Shown here one piece after another: positions 8,173-15,856 of a stretch of 20,000 nt of DNA. A program made the position numbers and the translations under genes. Below the pieces are notes generated by a model. It saw only the letters and a program-made list of their open reading frames with translations. It searched no databases and was not told where the DNA came from. The DNA is from an uncultured virus (IMG/VR IMGVR_UViG_3300025605_000006) (taxonomy: Duplodnaviria; Heunggongvirae; Uroviricota; Caudoviricetes): IMG/VR virus record IMGVR_UViG_3300025605_000006. One strand, given 5' to 3'. Every line of letters begins with the position of its first letter. The first letter of the stretch is position 1.

Positions 8173-8634
8173 ATGAACCCGAGCGACACCGATACCGTCA
8201 CCATCCGAGCGACATTCGACGCCTACGAGTGGGTCGACATCTGCACCTTCTGTGGATCCGAGAACATCTCGGAGCCTCGGGCAGGCACCGGCAAGGTGAC
8301 CTGCGAGAAGTGTGGGGGATGCGCCCTTCCTGACACGCACGACATCCCGCTGGAAGCTAACGGGTGGGTCGACCCGATGAACCCATGGGGCTCCTTGGAG
8401 CAGGATGGGTATGACGACTCCCGCGAGCCTGACTCGATCACGCTTCCTTTCGTGGAGGCCCTGGGGTTTCTTCTCGACTTCCCTGGGGGAGTGTGGGGCG
8501 TCACGGACTGCGAGGCTTCCACTGACTGGCGTACCGGCCGCTCCAAGCGTGTTACCGCCCACGTCGACGGTGACCCCAAGGTGGTCGACTTGCTGCTGCT
8601 GGCTTTCTGGGAGGTTTCCGAGCGGGTCGCCTAG
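8173..8634 (+). CDS. Zn-ribbon-containing hypothetical protein, 153 aa
   Basis: TTGACA 8137, CATCAT -10, ATG 8173; CTFC...CEKC. Confidence 0.75.
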   Translation: MNPSDTDTVTIRATFDAYEWVDICTFCGSENISEPRAGTGKVTCEKCGGCALPDTHDIPLEANGWVDPMNPWGSLEQDGYDDSREPDSITLPFVEALGFLLDFPGGVWGVTDCEASTDWRTGRSKRVTAHVDGDPKVVDLLLLAFWEVSERVA

Positions 8635-8844
8635 GGGCACCGGGGGGGGTGAGGCTCGCCCTTCCCCTCCGCTGGGGCAGGCACTCCAGCAGGGGGGGGA
8701 CGTGGGTTCTCGGGACTTTAGAAAGTCCGGACTTACCTCGTTCTTAGCTTATTGGACTGGGACCTGTCCGGTCCTGGTGTCCGGTCCTGGTGTCCGCACC
8801 CCGGACTCCCGATGTTAGGTTGCCCTAACATGGGGTGTGTGGCA

Positions 8845-9162
8845 TCACGACCACACTATGTCTCGGCCGTGGGCCTCCGCCCATCGGGCTGCGCTCAGGA
8901 GACTGGCAGCGCGGAGCTGCCAGTACCCCTCTATGGCATGGATGGGGGCGACCGCGTCCATGGCAGCCGCCCGTACCATGATGTCATCCGATGCCAGGAT
9001 GATGGTCGCTGGCACCTCGGATCCTGTCGGCTCGAATGGAACCTCAAGGATCTGCTCGAACATCGTTCGAGCGTTCCTGTTGTTCAGGTCGATGATGAGC
9101 CCTTCATCCCAGAGGTGGTCGAACTCATCGGCCCGGTAGGTGGGGGTGATCTGTGTTCCCAT
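8845..9162 (-). CDS. hypothetical protein, 105 aa (MGTQITPTY...)
   Basis: minus TTGACC-17-TATCTT, leaderless ATG 9162. Confidence 0.75.
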   Translation of the reverse strand: MGTQITPTYRADEFDHLWDEGLIIDLNNRNARTMFEQILEVPFEPTGSEVPATIILASDDIMVRAAAMDAVAPIHAIEGYWQLRAASLLSAARWAEAHGRDIVWS

Positions 9163-9363
9163 GCCATGAAGATACAGCACCTCACTAGAGCGGTCAAGTA
9201 GGCAAGATATCCCAATTTTGGGGCTTGTGTTGCGTTGTGAGGTTTGCTACCTTCTATGTCACCTTTCTCTCGTTAGGGGGGCTTCTAGGGGCCTCTCAGA
9301 GGATCCGAAGAAATCCGAAGAAATCGCTTGACCCCCACCACAACAAGGAGTACCGTTAGACAC

Positions 9364-9492
9364 ATGAACACCGAACACAACGGCCCCAAGCGGGGGCGAG
9401 GCTACTGGGGGCGGAAGGCAGAAGCCAAGGCCGTCAGCAAGCGTCAGCGTCGGATCAACGACCGCAAGGCCTGCAAGGAGGACCGCGACTGA
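9364..9492 (+). CDS. basic 42-aa protein MNTEHNGPKRGRGYWGRKAEAKAVSKRQRRINDRKACKEDRD
   Basis: TTGACC 9328-17-TACCGT, ATG 7 nt later. Confidence 0.75.
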   Translation: MNTEHNGPKRGRGYWGRKAEAKAVSKRQRRINDRKACKEDRD

Positions 9493-9671
9493 AGGAACCG
9501 GACACCACAAGAGAGGGAAGGGGGGTCCACCCCCCCCGACCCCGGACCGGACCCGGACCCGGACGTCCGAAGGGGACGTCCAGCCAAAAGGGGAGGGCTG
9601 TCCTGCGGACGTCCAGTTGTCCGTCCCGCGGACAGGACATGGGAACCCCCCTCCGGGGGGTTTCCATCCTT

Positions 9672-9872
9672 TCAGTAGTAGTCATCCTGTCGGGCGAGGC
9701 AGTTATCCACCATGGCCTCCTCCTCCCGACTGATGCAGGCGGGGCAGTACGCTTGTCGCTCATCCGGGCCATCCTCGCGGGAGCCGAGGAACATGAGGAT
9801 AGATTCCATCTCATCCTCCGGGGCAAGCTCCCCGCAGGAATCGCACTCGATGAGGTCGTCGTTGTTGTTCAT
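9672..9872 (-). CDS. acidic Zn-finger microprotein, 66 aa
   Basis: minus TTGACA 9907-17-CATCAT; CDSC...CPAC. Confidence 0.75.
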   Translation of the reverse strand: MNNNDDLIECDSCGELAPEDEMESILMFLGSREDGPDERQAYCPACISREEEAMVDNCLARQDDYY

Positions 9873-9938
9873 ACCCTAATGATGGGGCATGACGTTAGGA
9901 ATGTCAAGTAGAAATCCGAAGAAATCCGAAAAAGTTTG

Positions 9939-9958
9939 GATCGAACGAGTGTTCGATC
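9939..9958. promoter_or_regulatory. consensus actinobacterial LexA SOS box
   Basis: GA-TCGAAC-GAGT-GTTCGA-TC. Confidence 0.7.
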
Positions 9959-10080
9959 GGACGGCCCCTAGCAGGTCCTCGGCCAGGAGTCAAATCGGAC
10001 GGCCCCTAGCAGGTCCTCGGCCAGGAGTCAAATCGGACGGCCCCTAGCAGGTCCTCGGCCAGGAGTCAAATCGGACGGCC
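9956..10080. repeat. 38-bp tandem repeat, 3.3 copies
   Basis: unit ATCGGACGGCCCCTAGCAGGTCCTCGGCCAGGAGTCAA at 9956, 9994, 10032, partial 10070. Confidence 0.95.
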
Positions 10081-10082
10081 GA

Positions 10083-10098
10083 TCGAACACCTGTTCGT
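10083..10098. promoter_or_regulatory. LexA SOS-box-like site
   Basis: TCGAAC-ACCT-GTTCGT. Confidence 0.65.
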
Positions 10099-10160
10099 AG
10101 GCAAGACATCCCAAAGGTGGAGGCTTGACTCCCCTATGGGGGTGCTGTAACGTTACGGGT

Positions 10161-10366
10161 GTCGACAGGGAATCCCCCACTAGTGCGGGGGCTGGAGACT
10201 TGAGGGGTACTAGAGCCGCAGGGGCGGGCTATCAGCGCCCATAGGGGAGACACCGAAGTTCCCCACAAAAATGGCCGAGGTGGAGATAGCATCCCACCGC
10301 AGGAAAACGAGCCGGGCGCAGAGCAGCCAGCAACCGGAGCCAAGGTCTAACATCCCCCCGTCGAAC
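10161..10366 (+). ncRNA. candidate structured ncRNA 2 (multi-way junction with pseudoknot)
   Basis: TTGACT 10125-17-TAACGT, no ATG at +1; closing TCGAC/GTCGA; several GC hairpins; loop CTAGTGC complementary to GTACTAG 10207-10213. Confidence 0.55.
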
Positions 10367-10473
10367 GAGCTACCGGGCAGGGGGGCAGGGAGGGAGGCAG
10401 ACCCCCCCAACTTTCTCGAAAAAAAATCGGGAAAGGGGTTGACACCTCCAACCTTGCTAGGTATAGTGAAGAT

Positions 10474-10891
10474 ATCAAGAACGCCGGGGGTCACTGCCGA
10501 AAGGTAATCCCGGCCCCGAAAGCCCCACCGGGAAACAAGGGGATCCGGGGGGAGGGTAACCTCCCCCCACTAGCAACTTTACAACTGAATCTTGGAGGAA
10601 ACCTCGAACCTGTGAGGAACCATCTGGGGCGGGCAAGCTTGACCGCCACCCGACGCGAGAGCGTAGGAGTAACCCGATGAATCACCCCCTGACGACTAAC
10701 GACCACGACCATCGCCCTGGCAGCGGTGGCGATTCCTGAATGAAGGGGTGGGGAGGGCGAAAGACAAGGTGAGAGAAACAGGAGAACGGGACCCGCTCAA
10801 ACTGAGAGTAACCGGGGAGTGCGCACAATCCGGGGAGGGTAGGGGAGAGAGGGACCCGGTCGAGGTTTCCTCCAAGATTCGGTTGTAAAGT
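10474..10891 (+). ncRNA. candidate structured ncRNA 3: GNRA-hairpin leader plus 252-nt domain closed by a 32-bp stem
   Basis: TTGACA 10439-17-TATAGT, +1 is ATC; GAAA/GTAA/GAGA tetraloop hairpins; inverted repeat 10576-10607/10860-10891 with one U-G pair. Confidence 0.6.
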
Positions 10892-11134
10892 CCTTGACAG
10901 GACGCCAGGACAGTGCAACAATGAAGGACACCAAGAGGGGACGAGAGAACTTGTCTCGAAGTCCTTTTAGGACAGGACAAACGGGGGGAAAGATGTCCGT
11001 CCCCGGACCCGGACGTCCGCTCCGGACGTGGTGTCCCGTCCTCCATGTCCGTCCCAGGACTAGGACGTAGGTGGGGGCTGTGTCCGTCACTCCTAGCGGA
11101 CTTCACTCCACCGCAGGGGCGAAGTCCGTTACGA

Positions 11135-11443
11135 TCATGGGGCGGGAAACAGCTCCGGGAAGCAGTGAGGGCACCGCCAGCGGAGAGCCGGATCGAGCCA
11201 GACGAGCGGGTTGCCGTGGTGTCCGCAGCGAGGTGCGTAGGCGTTCGGGGTGTCCGGGGACGGGTCCGCGTACAGGCCGACGTTGTCCGTCCGGTCCTCC
11301 CCTCGGAGAAACCATGTGATGACGGTGTCCGCTGGGAACTGGGAGAGGAAGTCGATGACGTCCTCGCAGGTCAGCTGATGTCCGGTGGGGAGGTAGTCGG
11401 TGTATTCGACTCCCCCGTAGGTGTGTGCTGCGGTATCTGCCAT
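11135..11443 (-). CDS. hypothetical protein with C-terminal Zn-finger-like motif, 102 aa
   Basis: minus TTGACA 11478-17-TAAAGT, leaderless; CGHH...WRCPHC. Confidence 0.75.
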   Translation of the reverse strand: MADTAAHTYGGVEYTDYLPTGHQLTCEDVIDFLSQFPADTVITWFLRGEDRTDNVGLYADPSPDTPNAYAPRCGHHGNPLVWLDPALRWRCPHCFPELFPAP

Positions 11444-11545
11444 GCCCTTACTTTAGGGTATGTGGCTCCGATTGTCAAGGGGTTTTTTGAGAAATGTCCA
11501 GTCCTGGGGACGGACGTTGGACCCGCCTGGTCTGGTCCGGGGTGG

Positions 11546-11671
11546 TCAGTAGCGGACCTTTCCGCGGCAGGCCTTCCGGTTGGACTCCTTTTTGCGGTCC
11601 TTGAAGGTGTGTGCCCGCTGATTGACTCGCAGCATGTTGCCGGTTGCTCGGGGTGTCTGGTACTTGCTCAT
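11546..11671 (-). CDS. basic 41-aa protein MSKYQTPRATGNMLRVNQRAHTFKDRKKESNRKACRGKVRY
   Basis: minus TTGACA 11707, CACAAT; paralog of 5857-5994. Confidence 0.8.
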   Translation of the reverse strand: MSKYQTPRATGNMLRVNQRAHTFKDRKKESNRKACRGKVRY

Positions 11672-11771
11672 GTATGGATTGTGGCATGAGGGCGGGCTAC
11701 TTGTCAACTAGGTTGTATCACCTAAACAAAAGGTGTTGACAAGGGGTGAGGGGTGGAGTATCTTCTACTAC

Positions 11772-12038
11772 ATGAACACCGATGAGATCACCGCAGTCGT
11801 GCACCAGTGCACCACCAACGACCGCAACGGAAACCCGCGACGGGTCTACGTTGCACTCAATGAGTGCGGCCATATCCTTGGCACCGAGGACGAGGGCTAC
11901 GCTGGTACCCCTCAGTGGCTCCGCGACCTTCACGACCGGGGAGTCTGGGAGTTGAGAGTGGAGGTGACCCCCGCTCAGTACCGTCGAATGGTCAAGCTGG
12001 GGGACCAGCTGAGGGAGGTCATGGAAGCTCTCCCCTGA
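11772..12038 (+). CDS. hypothetical protein, 88 aa (NDRNGNPRRVY motif)
   Basis: TTGACA 11736-17-TATCTT, ATG 11772. Confidence 0.8.
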   Translation: MNTDEITAVVHQCTTNDRNGNPRRVYVALNECGHILGTEDEGYAGTPQWLRDLHDRGVWELRVEVTPAQYRRMVKLGDQLREVMEALP

Positions 12039-12091
12039 ACTTTTCTCGAAAACTACTTGACATCCCCGGAGAGGGATTGTAGAGTAGTGAA

Positions 12092-12260
12092 GTCAAAGCG
12101 GTTCACCGCTTCAAAAACCCAACCGTAGGGGATTCTGCGGAGGCTGCCCGGAGCGAAAGAACCGGGACGGGGCCTGGGCTCCGACAGGGTGACACGTATC
12201 GCACCCCCCAGGAATCTAGTTCGCCAGGACCTCCCGCAGGACACAACTTGCGGGGAGTCC
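12092..12260 (+). ncRNA. candidate structured ncRNA 4 (three-way junction plus 3' hairpin)
   Basis: TTGACA 12057-17-TAGAGT, +1 is GTC; stems AAGCGG/CCGCTT, GATTC/GAATC, CGGAG/CTCCG, CCCGG/CCGGG, GGGTG/CACCC. Confidence 0.5.
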
Positions 12261-12438
12261 GCTGTCCGGCCCTAGAAAAGTCCTTGACATTCCGCGCAGT
12301 CCATGCGAAAATGAGGACGATGAAGAAGGTGGATGTCCCCACGGACGTCCCTAGGGACAGGACAGTCCAGTCCGGTTGGATTCTCTGTCCGTCCCACCGG
12401 ACTGGACGTAGGACCCCGGAGGGTCCAGGGGGGGGCTG

Positions 12439-12732
12439 TCAGTCCTCCAGGGTGGCAGCCAAGGCAGCCAGCTTCAGCTTCCACGAGTCCCTCACTGCCC
12501 GCTCGGTGTCCTCGTCGGGAGTGACGTCGTCCAGTTCGCTGCGGAGGGATCCGACAAGGTGTCGGTCCCACTCCCCGGAGGTCATGGGTTCACCGTCCCA
12601 CCATCGGGGGGCTGAGGTCCCCTGCGAGAGGCCCCCTGTGGAGGCCACAGCGTACAGCATGGAAGCCTGTCCTCCGTGCCATCCGACCGCTAGGTCCCGT
12701 TCCTGTTCGGTTGCCGTGTAGATCGTTGCCAT
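12439..12732 (-). CDS. hypothetical protein, 97 aa (WHGGQASMLYAVASTG motif)
   Basis: minus TTGACA 12767-17-TATCTT, leaderless. Confidence 0.8.
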   Translation of the reverse strand: MATIYTATEQERDLAVGWHGGQASMLYAVASTGGLSQGTSAPRWWDGEPMTSGEWDRHLVGSLRSELDDVTPDEDTERAVRDSWKLKLAALAATLED

Positions 12733-12826
12733 ACGTGAAAGATACCGAACCCCGAGGGGGATGTCAAGTGAAAGAATCAGAAAAAACAGCTTGACACTCT
12801 AGCGGGGCGGGTGTTACTGTTACTGC

Positions 12827-12847
12827 ATGAGCAAGCGACACGTCTAA
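12827..12847 (+). CDS. leaderless minigene MSKRHV (or remnant of an ardC-like 5' end)
   Basis: TTGACA 12791-18-TACTGT, ATG 6 nt later, TAA after 6 codons. Confidence 0.4.
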   Translation: MSKRHV

Positions 12848-12949
12848 CGGAGCGGTGCTCTACGGGTGAGCTAGACGGGACGCTCCTACGGGGGCTGTCC
12901 TGGTGTCCGGTCCCAAGGGACGGACAAGGGACAGTGTTGACGTCCAACT

Positions 12950-12972
12950 CTAAACCTCTAGTTGAGGTTGAC
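12950..12972. promoter_or_regulatory. MerR/FtsR-like palindrome (further copies at 14942, 15597, 15671, 15787, 18504 and in the terminal repeat)
   Basis: CTAAACCTC-TAGTT-GAGGTTGAC; consensus CTCAACCTC-N5-GAGGTTGAG. Confidence 0.6.
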
Positions 12973-13106
12973 GTGGGACGGGACGTCCGCTAGAGTGCTG
13001 GCGTCCTGGCGGTGTGGACTGTCCGGTCCGAGTGTTGTGTGTCTTGTCCTTGGGGACGGGGACCCTCGCCCTCGATGGGGGGGCTGAGGTTGACGGGACC
13101 CTCTTG

Positions 13107-13244
13107 TCAGAGGTAGTATTCGTCCTCTGGCGGGGGTTCCTCCAGGTCCTCGTCGTAGGGGTAGTCCATGGGGTCCCCTTCTGCGAGGTAGCGGTCCTCG
13201 TAGTAGGCTTCCAGCCAGTAGTCCGCTGCCATGTCCTCGTCCAT
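13107..13244 (-). CDS. extremely acidic Tyr-rich 45-aa protein MDEDMAADYWLEAYYEDRYLAEGDPMDYPYDEDLEEPPPEDEYYL
   Basis: directly follows upstream gene (alternative GTG 13250 overlaps its stop). Confidence 0.7.
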   Translation of the reverse strand: MDEDMAADYWLEAYYEDRYLAEGDPMDYPYDEDLEEPPPEDEYYL

Positions 13245-13246
13245 GG

Positions 13247-13396
13247 TCACCAGTCCTCCGCCCAAAAGTCGTCGCAGGTGCCCCATCCGATGGACTCGAA
13301 GGCTGATTCGGTCTCGAACATGAAGTCCAGGTCCGGCTCGGGGTCGTACTCCCCGAAGTCGGGCTCGTATCCGTCGGGCTCGTAGTCGTTGCTCAT
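13247..13396 (-). CDS. extremely acidic aromatic 49-aa protein (MSNDYEPDGYEPDFGEYD...)
   Basis: minus TTGACA 13432, leaderless ATG 13396; no K or R residues. Confidence 0.75.
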   Translation of the reverse strand: MSNDYEPDGYEPDFGEYDPEPDLDFMFETESAFESIGWGTCDDFWAEDW

Positions 13397-13503
13397 GTGT
13401 CTAGCTTGCCATAGGTGGGGGTAGCTTGTCAACCCCTAATGTTGGGTTATATCACCTAAAGATTCCACTTGACGCGACCCCCACCCCGTAGTACCTTCAA
13501 GTC

Positions 13504-13701
13504 ATGACACCGATGGAGTATGTCAAGTTCAAGAAGGCCTTCATGGGGATGGATCTCCCCGAGGAGACTCGGGGGCTCATCCTCGAACGCTCCGCCCAAC
13601 TGCGGGAGCGGGGCCACTCCCCAAGCTCCGCACTCAAGCGAGCCACGATGGAAAAGCGGGTGGTCGTCACCATCCCTCCCTACGATCCCTGGGAGGAGTG
13701 A
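13504..13701 (+). CDS. hypothetical protein, 65 aa
   Basis: TTGACG 13469-17-TACCTT, ATG 6 nt later. Confidence 0.75.
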   Translation: MTPMEYVKFKKAFMGMDLPEETRGLILERSAQLRERGHSPSSALKRATMEKRVVVTIPPYDPWEE

Positions 13702-13748
13702 TGGGCGGGGGCTTGACACCCCCACCCCCAACATGGTACAGTCCACTC

Positions 13749-13919
13749 ATGACAGAACGATGTCAGTGGGAAAACTGTCCCCGACCAGCAACCTGGGAAG
13801 TCCACTATGAGGACTACTACATCACCCTATGCGACAAGCACAAGGTCCGCAACGAGCGGGGGGACCAGTTCCTCCACGGACTGTCCCTAGGGACCGTCCT
13901 GGGGGCCATCTTTCGTTGA
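13749..13919 (+). CDS. Zn-finger microprotein, 56 aa
   Basis: TTGACA 13713-18-TACAGT; CQWENC...LCDKH. Confidence 0.75.
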   Translation: MTERCQWENCPRPATWEVHYEDYYITLCDKHKVRNERGDQFLHGLSLGTVLGAIFR

Positions 13920-13951
13920 CAAGGTAGAACTACCCGGCTAGACTAGGCCAC

Positions 13952-14116
13952 ATGAACTGTTTCGTGACCAACTGTAACGCTAAGGGTGTTACCCTTGACA
14001 ACCGGGGGCGAGTGTGCTGCAACGACTGCCGAGACTTTCTCGACACCCCTAGCACTCCCCACCGAACAATCCGAGAAAAATTCGGAAAACTGCTTGACGG
14101 GATCCCCTGGCGCTGA
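13952..14116 (+). CDS. Cys-rich microprotein, 54 aa (MNCFVTNC...CCNDC)
   Basis: TTGACA 13916-17-TAGACT, ATG 7 nt later. Confidence 0.65.
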   Translation: MNCFVTNCNAKGVTLDNRGRVCCNDCRDFLDTPSTPHRTIREKFGKLLDGIPWR

Positions 14117-14128
14117 TAAGGTACACAC

Positions 14129-14341
14129 ATGAACAACTTCACCACCAAGAACACCAACCGCAAGGCCCACCGGGACCACTCGCAGAAGGGTGGCACCGAG
14201 CGCCGCGAGGCACTCGACGCCCGAAACGGACGACGGCTCCGGGGCGGGGCGTTCGGGACGGAGGACGCCAAGGTGTTCAACCGCCTGGCAGTCGGGACAA
14301 CCGGCACCCCCCGACAGGAGAAGTCCGGAGAGGCAGCCTGA
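14129..14341 (+). CDS. basic hypothetical protein, 70 aa
   Basis: TTGACG 14094-17-TAAGGT, leaderless. Confidence 0.75.
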   Translation: MNNFTTKNTNRKAHRDHSQKGGTERREALDARNGRRLRGGAFGTEDAKVFNRLAVGTTGTPRQEKSGEAA

Positions 14342-14342
14342 G

Positions 14343-14513
14343 ATGGACCCCAAGGAGGACCCAGCAGGGGACTCCAAGGGGTCCCTTGAGGACTGGCTTG
14401 AGAAAGCGGACCAGGCCATCCACGAGTCCCTCTCCAACATGAAGGACCCGGTGGGGGCCGAGGTCCGCTGGCGCAACGCAAGAAAAGCCAGAAAAACCTC
14501 GAAAACCCCTTGA
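14343..14513 (+). CDS. hypothetical protein, 56 aa (MDPKEDPAGD...)
   Basis: ATG 1 nt after previous stop, GGAGAGG upstream. Confidence 0.5.
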   Translation: MDPKEDPAGDSKGSLEDWLEKADQAIHESLSNMKDPVGAEVRWRNARKARKTSKTP

Positions 14514-14544
14514 CAAGGCTAGCGGGGTGAGGTAAGTTGAACAC

Positions 14545-14748
14545 ATGAACAACGACACCAACCCCTACGAGCTGGCAGCACGCAACCTCAAGGCGGGCAA
14601 GCTGGCAGCCTACCTCGCCCGCAACAACATGGCGGATGTCAACCCTGACTCCCTGCACTGGGATACCCTCGCCATCCTGGCAGGCACCAACCCCCCGAGC
14701 GAGGCCACCAAGCTGGTCGTCATGGAGATGCTCCGGGCAGGCAGCTGA
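14545..14748 (+). CDS. hypothetical protein, 67 aa
   Basis: TTGACA 14510-17-TAAGTT, leaderless. Confidence 0.8.
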   Translation: MNNDTNPYELAARNLKAGKLAAYLARNNMADVNPDSLHWDTLAILAGTNPPSEATKLVVMEMLRAGS

Positions 14749-15025
14749 CCCCGGACCGTAAGACCCCCCCAAGGGGGGGGGCAGGTCCCGTGTCCGTCCC
14801 AAGAAAAGTCCTTGACAGGCAGAACTGTCCCTGCCACAATAAGGACAGAGGGGGAGAGAGGGCAGTCCCAGCGGACTGTCCGGTCCCAGGGACTATTCGT
14901 CCCGTCCCGTCCGTAAAGGACTGCTCGTCCGCTATCGGACCCTCAACCTAAGGTTGAGGTTTAGAGTCGAGAAAGTTTCAGAAAACCCCTTGACAAGGTT
15001 GGCGGGGGGCTGTATCTTCCTACAC

Positions 15026-15379
15026 ATGGCACGACTCACCGCTACCACCTTCCCCGCAATCGACGCCCTTCTTCGTGGGGGCCGAGACAAGATCGGGCAT
15101 AACACGACCGCTCGGCACGAGGGGGGCGACATTCTCGTTACCCTTCACCGCTCCGACATCGTGCGCCTGACCCCCACCGGGGAGGTGTTCGTCAACCTGC
15201 ACGGGTGGCACACCATCACCACCCGCGACCGCTTGAACCAGTTCGTTGCGGCCAACTTCCGCAGCGACGGCAACAGGGGCACCATCATGACCCGTGTGGA
15301 GAGCGACGGCACCGTCAAGGTTCGCCCCATCGGGGCGGGCTGGCATCTGGTCGCCACCGCCACCGGCCCCCAGTTCTGA
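15026..15379 (+). CDS. phage-type hypothetical protein, 117 aa (GWHTITTRDRLN motif)
   Basis: TTGACA 14990-17-TATCTT, ATG 15026. Confidence 0.8.
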   Translation: MARLTATTFPAIDALLRGGRDKIGHNTTARHEGGDILVTLHRSDIVRLTPTGEVFVNLHGWHTITTRDRLNQFVAANFRSDGNRGTIMTRVESDGTVKVRPIGAGWHLVATATGPQF

Positions 15380-15432
15380 AAAACCCGCTGAGTCTCCACT
15401 GTGCAACAGGCTAGCCTGAGCACAGAGTGAGA

Positions 15433-15473
15433 GGAAGCCCCCCGAAACCCCCCACAGGGGACGGGGGGCTTCC
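15433..15473 (+). terminator. strong GC hairpin, probable terminator
   Basis: GGAAGCCCCCCG / CGGGGGGCTTCC 12-bp stem. Confidence 0.5.
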
Positions 15474-15856
15474 ACAAAGTCCGGTCCCAAGGGACAGGAC
15501 CTTGCAGTAAAGCAAGTTCTATAAATCCCTAAAAATGAACTCGAACCATTGACAGGACCAGGACATCCAGTCATCATGAGCCGTCCGCCACCCGGACCAA
15601 CCCTCAAGTAGAGGTTGAGACCGGACGGGACGTCCAGCTAGGGTCCAGCGTCCGGTCCCAGGACAAGGACCCAACCCTCAAGTAGAGGTTGAGAGTTGAA
15701 CCGGGACAGGTCCGCTCTTAGACTGTTTCCGTCCAAGGGACTCGGACGTCCACTCGGGTCCTGTAGTCCAAGAAGGGGACAGGACTCTCAACCTCAAGTA
15801 AAGGTTTAGAGTCCTGTCCGTCCCTGGACTAGGTCAAGCGGGGGGACTGAGGGGGC

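Noticed and set aside
9055..9071. CTCGAAC-ATC-GTTCGAG as a LexA box
   Set aside because: Spacer is 3 nt rather than 4 and it lies within a CDS
9956..10080. CRISPR array
   Set aside because: Repeats are head-to-tail with no unique spacers, and no cas genes are present
10690..10743. tmRNA tag-like frame (...TTTTIALAAVAIPE)
   Set aside because: ALAA is not followed by a stop, and no tmRNA acceptor stem, T-arm or CCA end is visible
10576..10891. MITE or IS with 32-bp terminal inverted repeats
   Set aside because: No target-site duplication or transposase; the U-G wobble and dedicated promoter favour an RNA stem, though this is not fully excluded
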